From: Escherichia coli
GTDB lineage: Bacteria > Pseudomonadota > Gammaproteobacteria > Enterobacterales > Enterobacteriaceae
Strand: one strand, 5' to 3'
NCBI RefSeq assembly: GCF_003334785.1
Contig: NZ_QOWV01000001.1
Length of the DNA stretch: 64,000 bases
In this document: positions 46,397 through 57,079 of the stretch, piece by piece
Layout of the letters: every line of letters begins with the position of its first letter
Numbering within the stretch: position 1 is the stretch's first letter
Notes under the pieces: model-generated
Told to the model about the DNA's origin: nothing
The model's input: the letters and a program-made list of their open reading frames with translations, nothing else
Database searches by the model: none
Translations under genes and position numbers: made by a program

Positions 46397-46570
46397 ATGA
46401 CGACACTTATTTATTTGCAAATTCCTGTCCCTGAACCGATTCCTGGCGATCCTGTTCCAGTGCCCGATCCGATCCCTCGCCCGCAACCCATGCCTGACCC
46501 ACCACCCGATGAAGAACCGATTAAATTGTCGCATCGTGAGCGTAGATCTGCGAGGATACGCGCCTGCTAA
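46397..46570 (+). CDS. 57-aa proline-rich small protein (absent from ORF track because under 60 aa)
   Basis: ATG at 46397 with GAGGGAAAT RBS-like spacer; encodes MTTLIYLQIPVPEPIPGDPVPVPDPIPRPQPMPDPPPDEEPIKLSHRERRSARIRAC; stop TAA 46568-46570; may correspond to the small gene ynaL, name not verified. Confidence 0.5.
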   Translation: MTTLIYLQIPVPEPIPGDPVPVPDPIPRPQPMPDPPPDEEPIKLSHRERRSARIRAC

Positions 46571-46599
46571 CTTTGCGTCGATGACCACGAGAATAGATT

Positions 46600-47973
46600 G
46601 TGACCGCTTTTTCTACCCTGAATGTTTTGCCTCCCGCCCAACTCACGAACCTTAATGAGTTGGGTTATTTAACCATGACGCCGGTGCAGGCCGCCGCGCT
46701 TCCGGCGATCCTTGCCGGAAAAGATGTTCGCGTGCAGGCGAAAACCGGCAGCGGCAAAACGGCGGCTTTTGGCCTCGGCTTGTTACAGCAAATTGATGCG
46801 TCGCTATTTCAAACCCAGGCTTTAGTGCTGTGTCCTACGCGTGAACTGGCGGATCAGGTGGCAGGTGAATTGCGTCGGCTGGCGCGTTTTCTGCCAAATA
46901 CCAAAATTTTGACGTTGTGCGGTGGTCAACCGTTCGGTATGCAGCGTGATTCGTTGCAACATGCGCCGCATATTATCGTGGCAACGCCGGGGCGTTTGCT
47001 GGATCACCTGCAAAAAGGCACGGTATCACTGGATGCGTTGAATACGCTGGTGATGGATGAGGCCGACCGCATGCTGGATATGGGATTTAGCGATGCCATT
47101 GATGATGTCATCCGTTTTGCGCCTGCATCTCGACAGACGCTTCTGTTTTCGGCAACCTGGCCGGAAGCCATCGCTGCAATCAGCGGACGAGTGCAACGCG
47201 ATCCTTTGGCGATTGAAATTGACTCAACAGATGCTTTGCCACCCATTGAACAACAATTTTATGAGACATCCAGCAAAGGCAAAATTCCTCTGTTGCAACG
47301 GTTATTAAGCTTGCATCAGCCATCCTCTTGCGTGGTGTTTTGCAATACCAAAAAAGATTGCCAGGCTGTCTGCGACGCGCTGAATGAAGTAGGGCAAAGT
47401 GCATTGTCATTACACGGCGATTTGGAGCAACGCGATCGCGATCAGACCCTGGTACGTTTTGCTAACGGTAGCGCCCGTGTACTGGTCGCGACTGATGTTG
47501 CTGCGCGTGGTCTGGATATTAAATCGCTTGAGCTGGTGGTGAACTTTGAGCTGGCGTGGGACCCTGAAGTTCATGTACATCGCATCGGTCGTACAGCTCG
47601 TGCAGGAAATAGCGGTCTGGCGATCAGTTTCTGTGCTCCGGAAGAAGCACAGCGGGCCAATATCATTTCTGACATGTTGCAGATAAAACTTAACTGGCAA
47701 ACGCCGCCAGCTAATAGTTCCATTGCGACGCTGGAAGCAGAAATGGCAACGTTGTGTATCGATGGCGGGAAAAAAGCCAAAATGCGCCCGGGTGATGTAT
47801 TAGGTGCACTGACAGGAGATATCGGGCTTGATGGCGCAGATATTGGCAAAATCGCCGTGCATCCGGCGCATGTCTATGTCGCGGTCCGTCAGGCTGTTGC
47901 TCATAAAGCATGGAAACAGTTACAGGGCGGGAAGATTAAAGGAAAAACGTGCCGGGTGCGGTTATTAAAATAA
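46600..47973 (+). CDS. dbpA: DEAD-box ATP-dependent RNA helicase (23S rRNA hairpin 92-specific)
   Basis: 457 aa ORF with GTG start; motifs GSGKT, DEAD, SAT, HRIGRTAR. Confidence 0.9.
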   Translation: MTAFSTLNVLPPAQLTNLNELGYLTMTPVQAAALPAILAGKDVRVQAKTGSGKTAAFGLGLLQQIDASLFQTQALVLCPTRELADQVAGELRRLARFLPNTKILTLCGGQPFGMQRDSLQHAPHIIVATPGRLLDHLQKGTVSLDALNTLVMDEADRMLDMGFSDAIDDVIRFAPASRQTLLFSATWPEAIAAISGRVQRDPLAIEIDSTDALPPIEQQFYETSSKGKIPLLQRLLSLHQPSSCVVFCNTKKDCQAVCDALNEVGQSALSLHGDLEQRDRDQTLVRFANGSARVLVATDVAARGLDIKSLELVVNFELAWDPEVHVHRIGRTARAGNSGLAISFCAPEEAQRANIISDMLQIKLNWQTPPANSSIATLEAEMATLCIDGGKKAKMRPGDVLGALTGDIGLDGADIGKIAVHPAHVYVAVRQAVAHKAWKQLQGGKIKGKTCRVRLLK

Positions 47974-48018
47974 TGAAATGTTGAATTGCCGGGTGCAAGA
48001 GTAAACATCTTATTCGGG

Positions 48019-48096
48019 ATTGCCGGATGCGACGCTGGCCGCGTCTTATCCGGCCTCCATAAGAGTAGCCCGATACGCTTGCGCATCGGGCGCTAT
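48019..48096. repeat. REP-type extragenic palindromic repeats
   Basis: tgccggatgcgacgctggccgcgtcttatccggcctcc ... gtagcccgatacgcttgcgcatcgggcgc between convergent dbpA and ttcA. Confidence 0.7.
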
Positions 48097-48101
48097 CCTG
48101 G

Positions 48102-49037
48102 TTATTTCACTTCAACCACATTCAGCCGTAACTCATCCAACTGATTTTCATCTTCTTCTGGCTGCCAGCACGCCGGTTGTAGTGGGATCTCTTCGCGATC
48201 AAACGCCAGATCACCCCCGTTAACCACTTCAGAACCGTGGGTGATGCCTTTGAAATCGAACAGGTTGGTATCGCACAGATGCGACGGCACCACATTCTGC
48301 ATCGCGCTGAACATCGTCTCGATACGCCCTGGATAACGTTTATCCCAGTCACGCAACATGTCAGCAATCACCTGACGTTGCAGGTTAGGCTGTGAACCGC
48401 ACAGGTTGCACGGAATAATCGGGAACGCTTTTGCATCGGCAAATCGCTGAATATCTTTCTCGCGGCAGTAGGCCAGCGGACGAATAACGATATGTTTGCC
48501 ATCATCGCTCATCAGTTTCGGAGGCATACCTTTCATCTTACCGCCGTAGAACATATTTAAGAACAACGTTTGCAGGATATCGTCACGATGGTGACCCAAC
48601 GCGATCTTCGTCGCCCCCAGTTCCGTTGCGGTACGATAAAGGATACCGCGACGAAGGCGAGAACACAGTGAGCAAGTGGTTTTGCCCTCTGGAATCTTCT
48701 CTTTCACGATACCGTAAGTATTCTCTTCAACAATCTTGTACTCAACGCCCAGCTTTTCAAGATACTCGGGCAGAACGTGTTCCGGGAAGCCCGGTTGCTT
48801 TTGATCGAGGTTAACAGCCACCAGCGAAAAATTGATTGGCGCGCTTTGCTGCAAATTGCGCAGAATCTCCAGCATGGTATAGCTGTCTTTACCCCCGGAG
48901 AGGCAAACCATGATGCGATCGCCTTCTTCAATCATATTGAAGTCAGCAATGGCTTCGCCCACGTTACGACGCAGACGTTTTTGTAATTTGTTCAGGTTGT
49001 ATTGTTCTTTCTTACTAATTTCTTGATTTTGCGACAT
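48102..49037 (-). CDS. ttcA: tRNA 2-thiocytidine(32) synthetase (PP-loop ATPase)
   Basis: 311 aa ORF with PP-loop SGGKDS and Fe-S CxxC motifs. Confidence 0.9.
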   Translation of the reverse strand: MSQNQEISKKEQYNLNKLQKRLRRNVGEAIADFNMIEEGDRIMVCLSGGKDSYTMLEILRNLQQSAPINFSLVAVNLDQKQPGFPEHVLPEYLEKLGVEYKIVEENTYGIVKEKIPEGKTTCSLCSRLRRGILYRTATELGATKIALGHHRDDILQTLFLNMFYGGKMKGMPPKLMSDDGKHIVIRPLAYCREKDIQRFADAKAFPIIPCNLCGSQPNLQRQVIADMLRDWDKRYPGRIETMFSAMQNVVPSHLCDTNLFDFKGITHGSEVVNGGDLAFDREEIPLQPACWQPEEDENQLDELRLNVVEVK

Positions 49038-49213
49038 TTAAAAGCGACTCAATTCGTTATATGGCATCAGAAGAGTATGCGTCATGCCGGAACGCCCAGC
49101 ATAAGAAATCTGATATAAAAAACTGTGGCGTGTATGGTACGGATTAGAGGGGAAAATGTCAGCACATTTGCGAAATGAATCAAAAAGCCCGCAGCAATGT
49201 GCGGGCGTTAGTG

Positions 49214-49729
<516 letters not shown>

Positions 49730-49752
49730 TTAGATCAAAGGAGGAAGAATAA

Positions 49753-49780
49753 GCAGAAAAAGCCCGCCATAACAGCGGGC
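49753..49780 (-). terminator. rho-independent terminator after ompN
   Basis: On the minus strand: stem gcccgc/gcgggc followed by TTTTTCTGCTT, immediately past the ompN stop. Confidence 0.65.
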
Positions 49781-49788
49781 AGGAGGAT

Positions 49789-50922
49789 TTAGAACTGATA
49801 AACCAGACCTAAAGCGACAATATCATCGGTAGAGATGCCATTGGCAGCGTAGAAGCTGTCATCTTCATCCAACAGGTTGATTTTATAGTCAACGTAGGTG
49901 GACATGTTTTTATTGAAATAGTAAGTCGCGCCAATATCGGCGTATTTAACCAGATCTTTATCATCAACACCTGCCGGGTTGTCTGCACCACCCGCAGCGT
50001 GCAGGTCACGGCCTTTAGACATCAGGAAAGAGACTGCCGGACGCAGACCAAAATCAAACTGGTACTGTGCAGTGACTTCAAAATTCTGGGTTTTGTTTGC
50101 CACAGCATAATCGCTGTCGCCAAACGGGGTCATATTACGCGTTTCTGAATACATGGTTGCCAGGTAAATATTGTTAGCATCGTATTTTAGCCCAGCAGTC
50201 CACGCGTCTGCTTTATCACCACCCGCCGCAGTATGGTTAACCTGGTCATTGGTGCGGTCAGAAGAGGTGTATGCCGCACCAGCGCTAAAGCCCATGCCTA
50301 AATCATATGTTGTGGAAAGACCCCAGCCGTCACCGTTTTCATGGCGAACATCACGTCCGTTGTTGGTGCCTTCCTGACCATTACTGGCTCCTTCGTTGTT
50401 ACCTTGATACTGCACCGCGAAGTTCAGACCATTTACCAGACCGAAGAAATCAGTATTACGATAAGTCGCGACGCCATTGGCTCGACCAGTCATAAAGTTG
50501 TCTGCATTGGTATAAGAGTCACCGCCAAATTCAGGCAGCATATCGGTCCAGCCTTCGATGTCGTACATTACGCCATAATTACGTCCGTAATCGAAAGAAC
50601 CGTAATCTGCAAATTTCAGCCCGGCAAATGCCAGACGGGTCCATGACTGGTTTTTTGAAGATTCAGTGTTGTTTGCCTGAATATTGTATTCCCATTGCCC
50701 GTAGCCAGTGAGTTGATCGTTAATTTGGGTTTCGCCTTTAAAACCCAGACGCGCATAGCTCTGGTCGCCATCTTTCGCTGAATTATCAGAAAAATAATGC
50801 AGGCCATCAACTTTGCCATACAGATCTAATTTGTTGCCGTCTTTATTATAAACTTCGGCTGCATGTGCAGCACCTGCGGCGAGCAGGGCAGGAATTAAAA
50901 GTGCCAGTACTTTGCTTTTCAT
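49789..50922 (-). CDS. ompN: outer membrane porin N (OmpC/OmpF family)
   Basis: 377 aa ORF, signal peptide, C-terminal ...VYQF. Confidence 0.9.
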   Translation of the reverse strand: MKSKVLALLIPALLAAGAAHAAEVYNKDGNKLDLYGKVDGLHYFSDNSAKDGDQSYARLGFKGETQINDQLTGYGQWEYNIQANNTESSKNQSWTRLAFAGLKFADYGSFDYGRNYGVMYDIEGWTDMLPEFGGDSYTNADNFMTGRANGVATYRNTDFFGLVNGLNFAVQYQGNNEGASNGQEGTNNGRDVRHENGDGWGLSTTYDLGMGFSAGAAYTSSDRTNDQVNHTAAGGDKADAWTAGLKYDANNIYLATMYSETRNMTPFGDSDYAVANKTQNFEVTAQYQFDFGLRPAVSFLMSKGRDLHAAGGADNPAGVDDKDLVKYADIGATYYFNKNMSTYVDYKINLLDEDDSFYAANGISTDDIVALGLVYQF

Positions 50923-51149
50923 TGAATAAATCCTTTAGTTATTTTATTTGCCTTTTATCCCCATTTCGGGGAGTGAAAACATCCTAAAGGAGAAGTTCAG
51001 TTAGCCGATAAATATCATTTGTTACGCCTTAAGTAAAACCTTAATCAAATAATTCCTCTGAAATGATAATAAGTCTGGTGAATGTATCGAAGATAATACA
51101 TACAAAATAAAAATTATACTTTTAATTTGCTATACGTTATTCTGCGCGG

Positions 51150-51258
51150 GTTATATGCCTTTATTGTCACAGATTTTATTTTCTGTTGGGCCATTGCATT
51201 GCCACTGATTTTCCAACATATAAAAAGACAAGCCCGAACAGTCGTCCGGGCTTTTTTT
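51150..51258 (+). ncRNA. micC: small RNA MicC (ompC-targeting)
   Basis: GTTATATGCCTTTATTGTCACAGATTTTATTTTCTGTTGGGCC...AGCCCGAACAGTCGTCCGGGCTTTTTTT recognised from memory; terminal hairpin plus U-run; between ompN and pfo. Confidence 0.8.
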
Positions 51259-51288
51259 TTAGAATTGGATAATCCTTATCCAGAGCAT

Positions 51289-54200
51289 TTAATCGGTGTT
51301 GCTTTTTTCCGCTTTTCCGGCCATTTGTGCCAGGAAGTCATAGCGTTTTTGCAAATCAGCTGCAGCATCTTTCCATAACTGTTCTGCCACTTCTGGCTGC
51401 TGCGAATTCAGCCGACGGAAACGTTGCTCGTGAAGTAACGTTTCTTCCAGTGCTTCTGACGGCGGGCGTGAATCCAAGGCCAGCGGCAGTTTGCCTTCAT
51501 CGGCACGACGCGGATCAAAGCGATATAGCGGCCAGAAGCCGGTAGCTGTGAGTTGGCGCATCTGGTCGTGGCTGAGTGCCAGATCGTAACCATGCTCTTC
51601 ACACGGGCTATAAGCAATGATCAGCGATGGCCCCGGATACGCTTCCGCTTCCTGAATCGCTTTCACCGTCTGGTTCAGCTGCGCGCCGAGAGAAATCTGC
51701 GCCACATAAACATGACCGTACATCATCATACTGACGCCAAGATCTTTACGCGCTTTACGTTTGCCGTGCTCGCCAAATTTAGTTACTGCACCCAGCGGTG
51801 TCGCTTTCGACGCCTGACCACCGGTGTTGGAATAGCATTGCGTATCCAGCACCAGAATGTTGACGTTTTCCGTCAAACTCAATACATGATCCAGACCGCC
51901 AAAGCCGATATCGTAAGCCCAGCCATCACCACCAATCAGCCAGATTGATTTTTCCACCAGTGCATCTGCATCACGTAGCAGTTCATGTGCTTCGGCAACA
52001 TCGTTGAGTTGCTGGCGTAAAGCTGCAACCTGTTCACGACGAACCTCTGGCGTGGCGTCTGATTTCAACGCCGTCAGTAATTCCGCCGGGATTTTATCGG
52101 CAAATTGATCCAGCAGACGCAGCACGCGGACACGGTGTTGATCGACCGTCAGGCGGAAACCAAGGCCAAATTCGGCATTATCTTCAAATAGAGAGTTCGC
52201 CCATGCCGGCCCACGACCGTTGGCATCGGTGGTATACGGTGTAGAGGGCAGGTTACCGCCATAAATTGAAGAACAGCCAGTGGCGTTAGCGATCAACATC
52301 CGGTCGCCATAGAGCTGAGTCAGTAATTTAATATACGGCGTCTCGCCACAACCGGAGCAAGCACCTGAATATTCAAACAGCGGTGTAATCAGCTGCGATG
52401 TACGAATATCAATACGTTCCAGTTTGCTACGGTCGATTTCTGGCAGGTTGAGGAAGAAATCGTAATTGATTTTCTCTTCTTCGACATGTTCCAGGCGAGA
52501 CATCATATTGATGGCTTTAATCTCTGGATTCTGACGGTCTTTCGCCGGGCAAACTTCGACGCACAGGTTACAACCGGTGCAATCTTCCGGTGCCACCTGC
52601 AAGACATATTTCTGCCCGCGCATATCACGCGATTTCACATCCAGCGAATGCAGGCTGGCAGGGGCGTTTTCCATCGCTTCAGGCGGCACCACTTTTGCGC
52701 GAATAGCTGAGTGTGGGCAAGCGGCAACGCAGTGGTTACATTGGGTACAGAGTTCCTCTTTCAAGATGGGGATCTCTTCGGCGATATTGCGTTTTTCCCA
52801 GCGCGTAGTGCCCATCGGCCAGGTGCCGTCTGGCGGCAGCGCCGAAACGGGGAGGGCGTCACCAAGCCCGGCGAGCATCGCAGCGGTTACGGTTTTCACG
52901 AAATCAGGGGCGGCATCGGAAACCACTGGCGGTCGATTGGCGCTGTGCGGATTTACCGGTTGCAACGGAACTTCTTCTACGGATTCACGCGCCAGCGCCA
53001 GAGCCTGCCAGTTGCGTTCCACCAGATCCTGGCCTTTGCTACTGTAACTTTTGGCAATCGCACCCTGCAATTCTGCGAGGGCGCTATCGCCAGGCAGAAT
53101 TTGCGTCAGATGGAAAAAAGCCATCTGCATGACGGTATTAATACGGGCCGCCAGGCCACATTCGCGGGCGATTTTCGCCGCGTTAATCACATAGAAGCGC
53201 GCTTTTTTCTGGTTTAACACGGCCTGAACTTCTTGCGGCAAGCGCGACCACACTTCATCTGCGCTGTACGGCGTGTTGAGCAGGAAAATGCCGCCAGGTT
53301 TTAAACGCTCAGCCATCTGATATTTATCGATAAACTGCAACTGGTGGCAGCCAACAAAATCAGCCTGGGAAATGAGATAAGCGGAACGAATCGGCTGTTC
53401 GCTCACTCGAAGGTGAGAAACCGTCAGGCCGCCCGCCTTTTTGGAGTCGTAAACAAAATAGCCCTGTGCGTACCACGGCGTGGAATTACCGATAATCTTG
53501 ATATTGTTTTTGGTCGCGGAAACGCTGCCATCACTACCAAGGCCATAAAACAAGGCTTCCAGTTTCGCCGAGTTTGGCAGGGTGTTTTCCGGCAACGGCA
53601 GTGACAGATTGGTCACATCATCGTAAATACCAACCGTAAAGCGCGCTTTCGGTTTAGCCGCGTTGAGCTCGGCAAATACCGCCAGTACACAGTCTGGGCC
53701 AAATTCTTTGGATGAAAGACCATAGCGCCCACCAATGACACGGGGCAGAGTTTCGCGCTCGCCATTATTAAAGGCTTCTGCCAGTGCGGTCATTACATCC
53801 AGATAGAGCGGTTCTGCCTGGGCACCGGGTTCTTTGGTTCTGTCCAGTACCGCCACGCTGCGTACGGATCCCGGCAGAGCTTGCAGTAAATGTTTAGCGG
53901 AGAAGGGGCGGTACAGGCGAACTTTCAGCACGCCAACTTTTTCGCCACGGGTTAGCAATTCATCAACCACTTCTTCACAGGTGCCAATGGCAGAGCCCAT
54001 CAGGATAATCACCCGTTCCGCTTGCGGATGCCCGTAATATTCAAACGGCTGATACTGACGACCTGTCGCGGCAGAGAAATCATTCATCGCCTGTTCAACA
54101 TGGTCATAGACCGCGTTGTACCATGGGTTGGTGGCTTCGCGAGACTGGAAATAAGTGTCAGGATTGGCGGACGTACCGCGGATCACCGGATGTTCCGGGT

Positions 54201-54813
54201 TGAGTGCCCGGGCGCGATGAGCATCAATTTCGACCTGCGGCATGAGATCAAGAATCGTGTCATCGGCCAGCGGGACAATTTTATTGATTTCGTGGGACGT
54301 GCGGAAACCATCAAAGAAATGAATAAATGGCACGCGGCTTTTCAGCGTCGCGATTTGCGAAATGAGAGCAAAGTCTTGCGCTTCCTGGACGTTTGCTGCA
54401 CACAACATCGCGCAACCCGTCTGGCGCACCGCCATAACGTCGGAATGATCGCCAAAAATAGAGAGTGCATGTGTGGCAACGGTACGTGCCGCTACATGCA
54501 GGACAAACGGTGTTAGTTCGCCTGCCAGTTTGTACAGCGTCGGGATCATCAGCAGCAAACCCTGCGATGACGTAAACGATGTTGAAAGGGCACCCGTCTG
54601 CAAAGCGCCATGCACGGTAGCGATAGCACCCGCTTCCGACTGCATTTCAACCACGCGTGGTGTGTCTCCCCAAACGTTCTTTAAGCCGTTTCCGGCCCAG
54701 GCATCAGCCTGTTCTGCCATCGTGGAACTGGGGGTAATAGGGTAGATGGCGATAACTTCACTGGTGCGAAATGCGACCGAAGCAACCGCGCCATTACCGT
54801 CAATAGTAATCAT
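51289..54813 (-). CDS. pfo: pyruvate:flavodoxin/ferredoxin oxidoreductase
   Basis: 1174 aa ORF, single-chain PFOR with 4Fe-4S ferredoxin motifs (CxxCxxCxxxCP). Confidence 0.9.
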   Translation of the reverse strand: MITIDGNGAVASVAFRTSEVIAIYPITPSSTMAEQADAWAGNGLKNVWGDTPRVVEMQSEAGAIATVHGALQTGALSTSFTSSQGLLLMIPTLYKLAGELTPFVLHVAARTVATHALSIFGDHSDVMAVRQTGCAMLCAANVQEAQDFALISQIATLKSRVPFIHFFDGFRTSHEINKIVPLADDTILDLMPQVEIDAHRARALNPEHPVIRGTSANPDTYFQSREATNPWYNAVYDHVEQAMNDFSAATGRQYQPFEYYGHPQAERVIILMGSAIGTCEEVVDELLTRGEKVGVLKVRLYRPFSAKHLLQALPGSVRSVAVLDRTKEPGAQAEPLYLDVMTALAEAFNNGERETLPRVIGGRYGLSSKEFGPDCVLAVFAELNAAKPKARFTVGIYDDVTNLSLPLPENTLPNSAKLEALFYGLGSDGSVSATKNNIKIIGNSTPWYAQGYFVYDSKKAGGLTVSHLRVSEQPIRSAYLISQADFVGCHQLQFIDKYQMAERLKPGGIFLLNTPYSADEVWSRLPQEVQAVLNQKKARFYVINAAKIARECGLAARINTVMQMAFFHLTQILPGDSALAELQGAIAKSYSSKGQDLVERNWQALALARESVEEVPLQPVNPHSANRPPVVSDAAPDFVKTVTAAMLAGLGDALPVSALPPDGTWPMGTTRWEKRNIAEEIPILKEELCTQCNHCVAACPHSAIRAKVVPPEAMENAPASLHSLDVKSRDMRGQKYVLQVAPEDCTGCNLCVEVCPAKDRQNPEIKAINMMSRLEHVEEEKINYDFFLNLPEIDRSKLERIDIRTSQLITPLFEYSGACSGCGETPYIKLLTQLYGDRMLIANATGCSSIYGGNLPSTPYTTDANGRGPAWANSLFEDNAEFGLGFRLTVDQHRVRVLRLLDQFADKIPAELLTALKSDATPEVRREQVAALRQQLNDVAEAHELLRDADALVEKSIWLIGGDGWAYDIGFGGLDHVLSLTENVNILVLDTQCYSNTGGQASKATPLGAVTKFGEHGKRKARKDLGVSMMMYGHVYVAQISLGAQLNQTVKAIQEAEAYPGPSLIIAYSPCEEHGYDLALSHDQMRQLTATGFWPLYRFDPRRADEGKLPLALDSRPPSEALEETLLHEQRFRRLNSQQPEVAEQLWKDAAADLQKRYDFLAQMAGKAEKSNTD

Positions 54814-55086
54814 ATGACACCCTTACATTGCGCAAATGAGGGGCGCACGAAATTGCTGCGCGCCCAGTAGTAATCTTTCAATTTTAGCAAATGGCTTTCT
54901 TCTGCATTTTCGCTTTTGTGTCCCCCACATCAGCGTAATGAATGTTTTGATCAAACAGAGGGCAAAAAAATAGCCATAAAAAAGTAAAAATGCGGGGCAA
55001 CGCGCAGGACAGCTCTCGACGCCGCCCTCTGTGCTGCCTATTATTTATGGCGGTGTCGTTTGGCTTGAAGATCAGAGGAAGAAAAG

Positions 55087-55353
55087 ATGCGAGCAGCGTT
55101 TTGGGTAGGGTGTGCCGCTTTATTGTTGTCGGCGTGTAGTAGTGAACCTGTTCAGCAGGCGACTGCCGCGCACGTAGCGCCAGGTTTAAAAGCGTCGATG
55201 TCCAGTAGTGGAGAAGCAAATTGTGCAATGATCGGCGGTTCGCTTTCTGTTGCCCGTCAACTGGATGGTACGGCGATTGGGATGTGTGCATTACCCAACG
55301 GCAAACGCTGTAGCGAACAGTCACTTGCCGCCGGGAGCTGTGGCAGCTATTAA
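55087..55353 (+). CDS. ydbJ: small lipoprotein (DUF333)
   Basis: 88 aa ORF with lipobox LLSAC. Confidence 0.75.
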   Translation: MRAAFWVGCAALLLSACSSEPVQQATAAHVAPGLKASMSSSGEANCAMIGGSLSVARQLDGTAIGMCALPNGKRCSEQSLAAGSCGSY

Positions 55354-55772
55354 TTCATTAAATCCGCCAGCTTATAAGTTAATGTCTGTTTTGCGGTCGC
55401 CAGCGTTAACTGGTTCGCGGTCAGATCCACTTGTGCACCTTCTTTCAGCATTTCGCTAATGGTGTTATCGAGTTCATTAAGCTGCGGGTTAGCGCACATC
55501 ATACGGGTCATTGCCAGCCCTTTGGCTGTCAGTTCACCATTAGACAGTTTGCCTTCACCGCTAAAGCGGTTACACATGCTGCCGGAAATCATCATTTTTT
55601 CACCAAAGCTGATTTCTGGCGGATTTTTATCGCTGGTCACGGGCTTACCGTTTACGCTTTCCAGCACAAAGCGATGATGCTGTAGCTGTTCTGGCGTAAC
55701 AGCAATTTTGTCATTACTTACACATCCCGCCATCAGCAGGCTTAGCGCAACAAACGCGGCTACTTTCTTCAT
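55350..55772 (-). CDS. hslJ: heat-inducible outer-membrane lipoprotein (META domain)
   Basis: ORF track 55350..55784; start taken at MKKVAAFVAL; lipobox MAGC. Confidence 0.8.
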   Translation of the reverse strand: MKKVAAFVALSLLMAGCVSNDKIAVTPEQLQHHRFVLESVNGKPVTSDKNPPEISFGEKMMISGSMCNRFSGEGKLSNGELTAKGLAMTRMMCANPQLNELDNTISEMLKEGAQVDLTANQLTLATAKQTLTYKLADLMN

Positions 55773-55882
55773 TGTGGTTCTCAATTACAGTTTCTGACTC
55801 AGGACTATTTTAAGAATAGAGGATGAAAGGTCATTGGGGATTATCTGAATCAGCTCCCCTGGAATGCAGGGGAGCGGCAAGA

Positions 55883-56872
55883 TTAAACCAGTTCGTTCGG
55901 GCAGGTTTCGCCTTTTTCCAGATTGCTTAAGTTTTGCAGCGTAGTCTGAGAAATACTGGTCAGAGCTTCTGCTGTCAGGAATGCCTGGTGCCCGGTAAAC
56001 AGCACGTTGTGGCAGGCAGACAGGCGACGGAATACGTCATCCTGGATCACGTCGTTGGATTTATCTTCAAAGAATAGATCGCGTTCGTTCTCATACACGT
56101 CCATACCCAACGAACCAATTTTCTGATTTTTCAGCGCTTCAATTGCTGCCTGAGAATCAATCAATGCACCGCGACTGGTATTGACGATCATCACGCCATT
56201 TTTCATCTGTTCGAAGGCGGCTTCGTTCAACAGATGATAGTTTTCCGGTGTCAGCGGGCAGTGCAGAGAGATAACGTCTGATTCAGAGAACAGGGTTGGC
56301 AGATCGACATACTCCACACCGAGTTCCAGCGCCGCTGCACTTGGATACGGATCGAATGCCAGCAGACGCATACCAAAACCTTTCAGAATGCGCAGCATCG
56401 CCACACCGATTTTACCGGTACCGATAACGCCTGCCGTTTTGCCATACATAGTAAAGCCGGTCAGACCTTCCAGAGAGAAGTTAGCATCACGGGTACGCTG
56501 ATACGCGCGGTGAATACGGCGGTTCAGCGTCATCATCATACCGATGGCGTGTTCAGCAACGGCCTCTGGATCATAGGCTGGAACACGGACTACTTTCAGC
56601 CCCAGTTCTTTTGCCGCGTCAAGGTCGACGTTATTGAAACCGGCACAGCGCAGGGCGATATATTTAACGCCGTGCTTTTTCAGCTCTTCCAGCACCGGGC
56701 GGCTGCCGTCATCGTTTACGAAAATACATACCGCTTCGCAGCCATTGGCAGTTTTAGCGGTTTTTTCCGTCAGCAGAAAGTCAAAAAATTCCAGCTCAAA
56801 GCCAAAGGACTCGTTCACCTGTTGCAGGTACTTCTTGTCGTACTGTTTTGTGCTATAAACGGCGAGTTTCAT
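55883..56872 (-). CDS. ldhA: fermentative D-lactate dehydrogenase (NAD-dependent D-2-hydroxyacid dehydrogenase)
   Basis: 329 aa ORF with NAD motif GVIGTGKIG. Confidence 0.9.
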   Translation of the reverse strand: MKLAVYSTKQYDKKYLQQVNESFGFELEFFDFLLTEKTAKTANGCEAVCIFVNDDGSRPVLEELKKHGVKYIALRCAGFNNVDLDAAKELGLKVVRVPAYDPEAVAEHAIGMMMTLNRRIHRAYQRTRDANFSLEGLTGFTMYGKTAGVIGTGKIGVAMLRILKGFGMRLLAFDPYPSAAALELGVEYVDLPTLFSESDVISLHCPLTPENYHLLNEAAFEQMKNGVMIVNTSRGALIDSQAAIEALKNQKIGSLGMDVYENERDLFFEDKSNDVIQDDVFRRLSACHNVLFTGHQAFLTAEALTSISQTTLQNLSNLEKGETCPNELV

Positions 56873-57079
56873 AAGACTTTCTCCAGTGATGTTGAATCAC
56901 ATTTAAGCTACTAAAAATATTTTACAAAATTTCAAATTTAATTGAAAGCTATGGCGATATTGAAAAATTCATCAACAACTATGCTTAGTGTAGGCGCAAC
57001 CTTCAACTGAACGGTTAAACATGCCACAATACCCGTATTGAATGCTTAATTTTTCGCTAAATCAGGATATTAACTACCC

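Noticed and set aside
51127-51378. 83-aa plus-strand ORF in the ompN-pfo intergenic region
   Set aside because: It coincides with the MicC sRNA and its terminator and runs into the pfo 3' end; a non-coding RNA explains it better
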